A DNA stretch of 64,000 nt from Podarcis muralis (taxonomy: Eukaryota): NCBI RefSeq assembly GCF_964188315.1, contig NC_135655.1:48546001-48610000 (forward strand), in the 5' to 3' direction. The notes under the pieces were generated by a model that was not told the origin of the DNA, searched no databases, and saw nothing but the letters and a program-made list of their open reading frames with translations. The translations under genes and the position numbers were made by a program. Positions 1 through 11,100 of this stretch are shown here, in pieces. The stretch's first letter is position 1. Each line of letters starts with the position of its first letter.

Positions 1-542
1 AGGCAGGGGGAGCAAAGACTTTCGCCCCCCACCCGCCTTCAGAAGAGGTCTAGGACCTCTTCTGAAGGCGGGTGGGGGGCGAAAGTCTTTGCCCCCCCCC
101 GCCTGCCTTCAAAAGCCGTCTGGGACAGCGGAGAAACACGCTGCGTTTCTCCACTCTCCCGGGAAGGCAGGCAGGGGGGAGCAAAGACTTTCGCCCCCCA
201 CCAGCCTTCAGAAGAGGTCCAGGACCTCTTCTGAAGGCGGGCGGGGGGCGAAAGTTTTTGCTCCCCCCCGCCTGCCTTCAAAAGCCGTCCGGATAGCGGA
301 GAAACGAAGGCTGGCGGCGGGAGGAGGTCTCTCCGCCCGCCGCCAGCCTTTGGAGGAGGTCCGAGGACAGTGGGGAAGACGCGCTGCGCTTCCCCACTAT
401 CCCGGAGATTTCCCTATGGGCTTTCGTCTTGCAAAGGAAGCCCATAGGGAAATTCGTTTTGCGAAGCGCCTCCAAAATGGAAAACCCTTTCGTCTAGCGG
501 GTTTTCCGTCTTGCGAGGCGTTCGTCTTGCGGGGCACCACTG
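1..542. mobile_element. Non-autonomous Tc1/mariner-type DNA transposon (MITE), right part; left end lies outside the window
   Basis: Ends TTCGTCTTGCGGGGCACCACTG followed by TA (543-544). Bases ~410-542 are nearly identical to the right end of the element at 47595-47708. The interior is made of GC-rich palindromic units. Confidence 0.8.
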
Positions 543-557
543 TATATCTATATATCT

Positions 558-558
<1 letters not shown>

Positions 559-596
<38 letters not shown>
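559..596. repeat. (GATA)n microsatellite
   Basis: Direct reading; abuts the TA target site of the MITE. Confidence 0.95.
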
Positions 597-597
<1 letters not shown>

Positions 598-762
598 ACA
601 GACTGAATTTTCTTTTTTCAACAAAAGAAAAATCAGTCTGGTTTTTTATAATAATGCTCTAGTTGTAGACCAGGATGGGTCACAGCCCCACAAATCCCCA
701 CAATCACAGACATGAAGTTCTGAAAGAGGGGAGCAGGTTTTCTTATATTTTCTTCACCTCAC

Positions 763-3700
763 CTGGCTTTGGCCTTTGAGACGGGCTGTGCCTCCTCTTT
801 GAGCCGGACCCCCTGGTTAAGTTTCCACATGTTTTACTGGGAACACGTTGACCTCCTAGAAGAGCAACAGTCAGCTACTGCGTTGGGACTCCATTATTTA
901 TTTCAGTCACAGCACACATTCAACGCAAGCAACAACAGCATAAAGTAACCATGCAAGTAGAAGGTAGAAGCTAGCATCTCACACATTCCTAGCTTAACAC
1001 ACTGAATAAATCCCAAGTTCTCCTCCAAGTATAAAACCATTAAATGATGGAGAAAGATGCATTAGTGGGCGGTAGGTATAAAAAGGTTGACTACCCCTGG
1101 TTTACCCAATAGCCTCAATGTTGTGGCTAGAAACCAGGGGTAGTCAACCTTTTTATACCTACCGCCCACTAATGCATCTTTCTTGATAGTAAACTTTTGT
1201 TACCGCCACCAGTGCTCAATGGAAGGAGGATTCAACTTGTGGCATAGAACCCCCTACTGCCCACCTAGAATCCTGAAAGGCCCACTAGTGGGTGGTAGGG
1301 ACCAGATTGACAACCCGGTGTAAACTGACACATTTGACTTCTGGATGGGCAATAAGAGCTACGTTTTGCAGAGCTCAGGGAATTTACGAAGGGACCTGAA
1401 CGGTGAGAATTTGTGGCAGATAAGCTAAAAAGAGCACTGGGAAACACTGGAATGGGCTTACTGACAACAGAGAAGCACCTTCTAATGCAGTCTCACAGTA
1501 AGCTGCCTAGAATTAGGGACAACCATCAAAAATAATGATGGTTACGCTTGACTTCGGCCGGTGAAACTATTCTGGGCAAACCACATCCACCTGTCCTAGC
1601 CCCAGAGTAATACATTACCTGCCCCAGGTGTGGGGCAGGTAAGGGCTTTGCCAAAAAAGGCATTGCAAGTGCTGCCATCTGAAACAGCTGCTATAACAAA
1701 GGCAGGGGCCTTCATTATAGGCATCTTGCTGCCTGTGAGATGCTGGCCCTGCCCACCTGTCAAACTGGCCCCACCCACCCCTCTCAAGGCACATCCTAAT
1801 AAGGATCTACCCCATGGAGCCATGAACATGTGCTCTATTTCTTCCCTGGCTCCTTGACGGTATGAAGACTCTTGCCGCTTGCTTGGCCATTTCAAAGCCC
1901 CACTGAAGTAGTAAACCACTTGGAACCCCTTACCTGCATTTCTGTTGCTGAGCACTATTTTGTGCCGCCACTGAGCTTCAGAGAGGTACTTGGAGAGCAG
2001 CTGCACACGACAACCAAAGCCGTCTCTGTTAACAGACACATTCAAGCAGTCCAGCAGTGCAAGCTCCTCCTGAGCCACATGCTTCGAGTCCCAGGGGGAA
2101 GAGCCCTCCATTTCTTTCAGATGGTCCTGGAGCATGTTGAGAATGATCTCCATTGCTACATCATCCGCTAAAAACCCAGAGGTGTCACGGACGAAATGCT
2201 TCAAATCCAGATGGCTCCAGCTGAAGGACTCACGTTTGTTGCTATCTGACTGCAAATCTTGCAGCTTTGGGATGCTGAGATGCTCGTGAGAGGTACCGTA
2301 GACAGTGCATGTCTCAGGTCTCCTTCCGGGCTCTGCCGAGTGCTGTGGACTCGCCGAGGTGGAAGAGCCTTGGCTAGCACAACGCTCAAGCCTCCTGACA
2401 GCACAGTTCTTTTTCTCGAGGACAGACTCTTCTGTGTTGTCCTCCTCGTGGGGATCATCACTGCAGAGGTCGCTGTAGGAGACAAAGAGCAAGGAGAAGA
2501 TGTTCTCCAGGAGTTCCAGGCGTAGAGGAACAGGGACAGTCCTTAAAAACTGCTGGCACTTGGCAAGATACTGAGCAAAGAGACCTGCATAATCTGCATT
2601 TGGGAAAACAAAACATTAGAAACAGATTTACTATTTCCTGTGCTCTCCTCATCCAAGGACTAGATGCTCAAGATAAAGGTAACTATGGAACTATGGGAGT
2701 CATGCACCCTGACCTCTCTAGCCCTGTCTTCTTCCACTTCTTCCTCCTCCAGCATTTTCTTCTACCCTTTCTACCTCCTCCCCCATCACATTTTTTGACT
2801 TCCCTAGGAAACCTATCATATCTGTTCTTTGCAAAGCAACATAGACACACAGATGGTGCAGAATATATAGAAACCTCTTTACATAACAAACCTCTGTAGC
2901 CATGCCAATATCCAGTATAAATATCATTTATTTCTAACTCCATATAAAAAGAATATGTATGATAAACTTTTATATTGTTTACAAAAACAAAACTCAAGAG
3001 GGGGAAAAGCTTCTAACTTTAATGTTTGCCTGCTGAATATGCAGAAATATAAATGCGCCTGAAAATTAGGCAACATTCATATCCCAGCCACTTGTCTTAA
3101 ATGCCCTCAGCTTAAAAACTCTCCTGAGGGTTTTGATACAGCCACAGAATAAAGAAGGTAGCATTTAGTCGGACATTCAACATCACTTAGGCAGCACTGG
3201 CCGTTTCCATAAACAGAATGCAGGCTGTGCCTTATACCAAGTCAGAGAGTCAATGCGTCTAAGTCAGTGACTGGCAGCTGCTCTCCAGGGTTTTCAGGGA
3301 GAGGGCCCTTGCCAGCCCTAGAGACTCCAGGGATTGAACCCGGTACCTTCTGCATGCAAGTCATGTGCTTTACCACTAAGCTACAGCTCTTGCCCTGACA
3401 CATTAGCCCATCTCATCCAGATAATAGAAGCAGGGTACAGAATTAGACTAGCAGCACTAGGACAAGGGAGTCAAAGAGAAGGAGTCTACGGATTCATGTC
3501 TAACTCAATCTGTAAATAAAACCCGAATGCTATCCTCAACTATGAGCCCATATTAAATAATTCAATTCACAGCTTATCAGGAAACAGTTAACATTTTGAC
3601 CTAGTGCAGCAGCTATTTTACACACTTGTAAAAATACAGAAAGATGTAATTGCTCCTACAGTAAGGGTGAATTCTCAGCACAAGGCCTCCACAAATCAGC

Positions 3701-5091
3701 CCATGGGTATACCCAAACCTTCTACATATGATTGCAACTGCCAAGGTAAACTTTCCTCAGCTTGAAAAGGATTTTTATGTAACTGTAAAGGGATTTTAAA
3801 AAAAGGGCAATATGCTGTAATACTTCCCTATACGTTATGGTCCACCTATTCCAGTTTGTGCACTCATAAAGTCTCCTTGTAGCAGCAATGAATGGCTTTA
3901 GGGAGGGTGGAAGAAAGAGAAGTGCATGTGGCACCTGCCCCTCCATAAAGGCTAACAGCTTAGTGGGCCAGAGTATGGTACCTCTGGGGCAATGCCTTGC
4001 TACTTTGGAGCACCCTACACCAGTGATGGCCAAACTTGGCCCTCCAGCTGTTTTGGGACTACAACTCCCATCATCCCTAGCTAACTGGTCAGGAACGATG
4101 GGAATTGTAGTCGCAAAACAGCTGAAGGGCCAAGTTTGGCCACCACTGCCCTACACTTCTAGAAATCACTTACTGATCCTATGGACTCCTTTCCATACCA
4201 TTATCCATAAATCCTTACTTGGTGATCGTCTTCTTCCATAAATCCCACCTTTCCCCTACGAAGTCTGGGCCAGTGGAGATATCACTGCCAAAGAAATTGA
4301 TGGGGCAAAGGAACAAAAGCACACCATCTCAACCGATCATGGAACATGGTGAAATGATGGCACAGCAGATTACAATCTCTCCTGCTGCACCAGCATTACA
4401 GTTCTGGAAATAAAACCCTATTCAGGTGTGTCTTGTTCTGCAGAAAGAAGTAGATGAACACCAAATAAAAAGCAACAATGACTTTTGTTACAAGGTATGT
4501 GGAAGCTACCAGACCTGGGCAAAGGGGCTGATCTGCAGATTGGCATTCGCCAGGCATCTCCTCAGGGAGGCCATTGACAAAAAAGTTCCTGCAGTCTTTG
4601 CAATGTGAATCTTTGTGTGCATTGACACAGAGGGCGTATATGGCATATTTCATGGCACAAAATGCCTGGAACAGAATGAGATTGCGACGCAGACTCAAAT
4701 GACTGGAAGCTGCCATCGCCGTTGAATCTAAAAAAAAAGAAAGAGAAAGTGGGAAATGGGAAATGGAAAGTTAAGTTTGCTCAGCTGTAGGGAAGTTATT
4801 AACATTTCCGTTGTTTGTGGAGCCTGGAATCAGTGCTCCCACCCAGTCCCAAACAAGGTTAGAGAAGCTGCAGATCAACAACTGGTGTAGCACATGGGGT
4901 TGTGTGTGTGTCTGAGGGAGAGAAGGAAAAATAGAGAAACAGGTTGGGGCTGTATTGTGAATGGATTTGGGCTTTAACCTTTTACTCTCATTGCAGCCCC
5001 AACAGGAACTGTCCCAGCCTATAACCTTCATTTCACAATGAGAAGAGAGCTTTGAATTGTACCAATGGGAGATTCTGCCCCCCCCTCAAAC

Positions 5092-5140
<49 letters not shown>

Positions 5141-8100
5141 TTCCAATTAGGACCACAGCAGGGGCAAAGGCTTGCAGTTCACTTCCCCACATGCCACAGT
5201 CCCCATCTGTCTCATGCCCCAAAAAACCATGGACACCACTTCATGATTTGCTTTCAGTTTCAAAGAATCATGGCCTGGCATTCTGTACAAACCAGAGACT
5301 TTAAACAATCTCTGGTTAGTTTCTAAACAAGCCAACATCAAACTATGTGCTATGAAGCTGGCTTCTTTAACTGAACGTAGTTTTCTTCTCTGGTTCGTAG
5401 GCAACACTAAGCCAATATTCTTAGAAACTCAAAAGAAAATGCTAGCAAAGCTCTTCTTGCCATGACAAACAATAGTATATCCAACAAACAGGTTAGATGG
5501 AAACTTGGTCATATCTACAGCCATCTCTCCCCCCGCCCCCCAATTTACCTTGAGCTTGTTCTGTGTCCCTGGCTGGAATTCCCTGAAGAAGTTCAGTGAC
5601 AGCTTCTTCGTTCAGGGCCACAAGATTAGTAAGGTGGTGCAGAAAGTAAAGGGATGTGTGGGACTCCAAACTGTGCAAGTGCTGCAGAAGAACCTTCTCT
5701 GGGATAATATTACTGCAAGAGAAAAGAAGCCTAGTTTCAATGGCAGCAAGATTAGGTTGTAACCTCACATTTTTTCAAGTGAAAGATTCACAACACTCTG
5801 ATTCAGATTTGTCTGCATGAAGTCTTTTATATACCTGTTAAGGGGAATGTAAGTTGAGTGCTTAATGTGCGTAGCAACTGGCCATTGCACACATTCCCCA
5901 GGCCTCATGGACATCAACCATGACGTGCACATCCATCCTCGCTGAACATGTGTATATCAAATGAATTTTATGCTTTCTCCAGCCATTGTGCATAATTCTC
6001 AACAGGTTTCCCCACCACCACCATGCTGTTACCTATTCTGTTGAATACACCATTCAAGAACTTCCACTTGGGCACACAGTCCATCACAGAAGTCTTTTAA
6101 TACTGAGTCATTGTGGAGTCCCTGTTAAAAAGAAATAGGTTTGCATCCATTCAAAGCAAAAAAAAAAAAGCCCTCCAATTCCTCTTCTTAAGAAACTGAC
6201 TGGAATCAAAGCAAGGAAAAACATTGTGCCTCCCCTCACAGGCTTGATGAGGCCTGACGTACCTGAGATTTGTGAAGAGTCCACAGCAGCATTTTTGCCG
6301 ACTCTAAACTGTGACACTGAGTCCACCCTAACAATATCAGGAGGCGACTGAGGTGGCTGAATTCTCGCCGTAGTAAACTGTTGAGGCTGGAGAAGTCTTC
6401 CCTTTTCAATAAAGTTAATGCTGTACCCTAGAGAAAAGAACCACTTGTTTGTTTTAAGACTGTGGAATGCCTGAGTGGGAAGGAGAGTTAAATTTAAAAG
6501 TTAAATTTGCAAATGTTAAAAACAGTTCTAAGAAATTTTTCATGTTCTGTTCCTCTGGCCTGTAGGGAAGCAGCCCCTGGAAAATGTATGGATAAAACGT
6601 GCTATAACTACCCCTCTCTCTTAGTTTCAAATGACTCCTTCAGCATTTTATGTAGACACAAATCATTCTAGCATAATGATGATCCAAAACCTGTACTGGG
6701 CATGGACCAATTCAAAGGGACTACGGCTATGAAGAATGCATGCCTTGTATGTGTTAAGGTTCCATGTTCAATCGAGAGCATCTTGGGTACAAAGACCCTT
6801 TACTGAGATCTAAATTGGGTTGGGCAGTACTTACAGTGGGCGTTCAGCCTGACTCCACAGAAGCAGATGCTAATATCTATATTAAGTACTTCAACTCACT
6901 TAAATCCCATTCACCTTTATACACTATTTACACTCTTGTTTCAGACCTTTTCAAAGGCACCATTTCATAACATATGAAGGGTGTTACCCATAGCAAGCCC
7001 CTTGATTTAGATAGGCAAGCCCACCTTCAAAAATAAACAAATCCAAGAAAGAAATACCTAAATTACACCATGAATCAGAGTAAGCATGTACATGAAGCAC
7101 ACTGAGTTCTAGTTTGCAGTTCACTAACCTAACTATTAAGCCACTAAAACTGCAGCACATTTGCCAAAGATATTGATGATAATGCTGGTAGTGAGTTCAC
7201 AAAGTTCTTTGCCTAACTCAGAAACAATGGCAGCCACATGATCCATTACTCAACTCCTATGTGAATGTCTCATAAGTGATTTACCAGAATTTGTTCCAAA
7301 AAGTGCTTGTTGCTGCTCAGGCAGTAGAAATAGGCAGCTTTCCAAGAAGGAGCGTGTTCACGATCCAAGAACAATGCCATCACTGCCCGCTCTACATCCA
7401 GCTGTTCAGATGTACCTGAAACACCCATAAGTTGGGTTAATTCAAATATAGTTAAGAAACAGAATAGCACCAAGATGGGCAGGCTCTCTATACATTTTAG
7501 CTACAGTCACCAATTATCTCCTGGTTAAACTAAGCCAACAGTTATCATTGCACAGCAAAGAGAACATGCAAATTTAAACAAACCTTTGCCAGGTGACTTC
7601 AGTCCCAGCAGCTTCTCTCTCATCTTCTCAATGAATACGCTGCTGAACAGATTGAGCAAGGCATGGCTGTCTTTCCTAAGCAGACAGCCAAGCAGCCTCT
7701 CTTCTTTCAGCGGGCTCCGCTCAGCCCAACAGGCATCCAGAAGTTCTCGGCAGAGAAGCCGTAGCTCTCCAGTCTGATTCTCCACCTCCAAATTTAACAT
7801 GCCAAGGGCACAATAAATTTCATCCACGGCCTCGCTCCCACCAGATTCCGACAACTCTGGATTTAGCTGGAGGCGCTTCAGATATTTTAGGGACTCCCAG
7901 AGAAAGTCAACGAAGATGTGTTGTGGAGAGCCGCTGTGTGAGAGCGAAGAGCTCTGCTCGGCAGAATCTCTCTGGAGAAGCTCCAAGATGGCTTGCAGCT
8001 TCCGAGGAGCCTGCAACAGCATCTTTTGGAGAGCAGAGAACACCTCGGCACTGAACAGCTGCACGGCTCCATCTCTCGGCTTCCTATTTGGCCCATGCCT

Positions 8101-11100
8101 GTTTCCAAAAGCTTCATATAGTTCCTGGGGAAATAGCTGGATTAACAGAAGATTCTTTCCACAAATACAACTGAGAGACATAAAGAGGTAAGCAGATATA
8201 TAAAATATGGAGGAACTGTCAACAGCATTGGCCCAGTTTACACTGGTGGTCTAAGAGAGCCCCAAATATAGTTAAACATCTGCAGCTGGACAGCCCCATT
8301 TCAGTTCTATCTGCATACTGCAGCCACCTCCTACCTGCTTTCTCATCATCCATGGTACAAGGATTCTTCATGGAGCACCAGAGGAGAAATGATGTTGTTG
8401 GGTCCCTGAGACTTCCTTGCTCCTCTCTGGTGCTACAAGAAGTATCCCCTAAGTGGCAGAGAATGCATGAGCTGATGGTGATAGAACAGAGAGAAGACTG
8501 GAATTAGGTTCTCTAGATCAGTGTTTCCCAACCGGTGTTCCGCGGCACACTGGTGTGCCGTGAGACCTTGCCTGGTGTGCCGTGGGAGGGAGGCGGGAGA
8601 GGCGGGGCGGCGGCGGCATCTCCTGCTGGATGCAAATCCAAACATGGCGGGCGCCTCCCTCGCTCCTTTGTAGGCGGACCATCGAGAGAGAAAGAAAAGG
8701 AGGCGAAAGAGCGAGAGAAGGCACCTGCGCGGAAAGAGGAGCGAGCAGTGCGCCTGCGCGCCGCGGCGCCCGAGATCGCTTCTCCCCACCGCCCCTTGCT
8801 TCAAAAGAGGTCCGGGGACAGCGGGAAGCGCAGCGCTTCTTCCCCGCTGCCCCCGGACCTCTTTTGAAGCAAGGGGCTGCGGGGAGATCGCTTCTCCCGG
8901 TGCTCCGAAGCGGGGCGGGGGGCGGGAACAAGAGACTTGCGGAACGAATTAATTTCGTCTTGCGAGGCACCACTGTACTTTTTATATAGTCAATATAGGC
9001 ACAGAGTTAAATTTTTTAACATTTTCTAATGGTGGTGTGCCTCGAGATTTTTTTCATGAAAGAAGTGTGCCTTTGCCCAAAAAAGGTTGGGAAACACTGC
9101 TCTAGATGACTGTAGAACCAATAGCTGCTACAGCGAAGCAGAGATGTCTGGCCACAGTGAGGATCTTTTTAATTCTCCTGTGTGAACTGGGCCATTGTCT
9201 GCTATCTAGGCCAAAGAACAAAAACTGCAAACACTATTAATGCTCATAGCTATTGAAAAGAAGTCAGTAAGAAGATGCAAAATTGACAGAAACAAGAGGA
9301 GAAATAAATGATGGGATGGTGATGCTGTCTAGCAATTAGAGGGCCAAAGATTCCCCACCCCTGCAGTGGAGAAACTCCCTTTCTCCCCATGCTGCTCCTG
9401 CTGATAAAGGTGAATTATCGGGTTATTATAACCCCCACTCCCAATCAGAGACACTCTATCCCACTTGTCACACTCTGGTTAGATTTCCTTCATTTTTGCC
9501 AGGAAATAGCTTCTTTGCAAGAAAACTTATGAACATGACTGTTAAACAAGTAAAGGGCAGAATGAGCATCAAGCATTTCATTATCAAAATATTTTCACAT
9601 GTGCTAGCCTTTCTTGTAAATTTATTCTACACCTAAAGAGTAGGCCAGGGAGCACTTTAAAATCAAAGCAATAGTTATCAGTTTTAAATCATGAAGTGAA
9701 GGTTTCAGAAGGCCATATCAAAGGGAAGCTAAACCAGCTGCATCTTGTACAGAAAGCTGCATGATTTTCTCTTCTTCTTTCAGTCCTATTTAAGTGGTTT
9801 CTCACCACAGCCATTATGTAGCTGGTTACAGATGTCTGAGTCACATGAGTTTCTGACTGCATTTTGTTAAATGATCCTATTTTGTACACATGATCCTAGA
9901 GCACCTTTCTGTTCCACAAACATTCACTTTCTTTAATGAAGGTAATATAGGATGCAATAATATCAAAAATAAACTGGTGACCTCTCAAAACAAGTAGAAC
10001 TCATAAACCGTGTTCCTGAAAAAAATTAAATCAATTGAACCATTTGGTATTTGATCTCAGGTTGACGATATCCAGTCCAGAACCGAAAGCAAAGCACTTA
10101 CAGAAAAAAACTGAGAAGCCTATGAGTTTGACACTAAGACTCAGAACTTTTCCTATTACATAGACCTTTGGGACTAGAAGACAGAGCTATGCAGATCCAC
10201 GAGCAGTCTGAACAATACTTCATTATGGACCTTAAAACTGAACAACTTTTCCAGAATTGACATGGGCCTAACAATTTTACTACACAAAGGCAGGCAGTTT
10301 CCCAACTGTTGTTTATGAGTTATGTTGGGAGGTCCAGAATCCAACATCTAAGACATATTAGGTTAAAAACAAACAACCATCCATCAACCTTCACAAGAGA
10401 GGTGACAAAGTGATAATAAGATAAAATCGGAACATAGGAATATATTTTATACCAAGTCAGACCACTGGGCCATCAAGCTTGGTACAACCCACACAGACTC
10501 CAGAGTTTCAAGCAGGATTCTTTCCCAACCCTTTCTAGAGCTGCCAGCATTTCAACATGGGGCCTTTTGCATGAAAAGCATGTGCTCTCCCACTCAGCTT
10601 GGCCCTTCCCCAAATTAATGCATCCAAAGTATGACTCTTCCCCTTGAAGGGATCAGTGACATTCCCAATAATCAGTCATCTTCAGAAGGCTGGAGCTGAC
10701 TGGCAATAAACTTAAGCATAAGGGGGAAGCCTCACTGGCAAACATCCACAGAGGTGACAATCAAAACACTCAAGAAAATGAGGTAACATAGGTTATATTT
10801 CTTTAACAAGCCACACAAAGTTCACTTAAATATGCATGGATTCGGATCAACAACTGAAGTGGTGCCGGTCATCTGAATCACAGCTAGCTAACTCCTGGAT
10901 CACCCCACATTTCATATGAATTCCAGGAGTTGGAATTATCTCAGGGCTGTACTGCTCAGCTGAATTCACTGTGCATACACGAGCTTTGCACACATAAGAG
11001 CAACATTAAATGTAACACCTGTTGAACCAATTTCACCCTCAAGAAGCAATCACACCTTGAGAACAGCATGTGAGACATCCTTTTCTAGTTCTTCTAGGAG

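Noticed and set aside
1596-1933. 3' part of the 298-aa ORF 1596-2492 as coding sequence
   Set aside because: Similarity to spastizin stops at a canonical donor (GCAG|GTAAG, 1934/1933); the rest is intron read-through.
2690-2810. Purine-rich stretch on the minus strand as a cassette exon of ZFYVE26
   Set aside because: An acceptor-like TTTCCTAG exists, but the required phase hits a stop and no donor restores the frame.
3312-3390. tRNA gene (also at 19258-19340 and the head of the 44787-45139 SINE)
   Set aside because: A and B box-like motifs are present, but the acceptor stems do not pair and each continues into a shared SINE body and tail; these are SINE heads.
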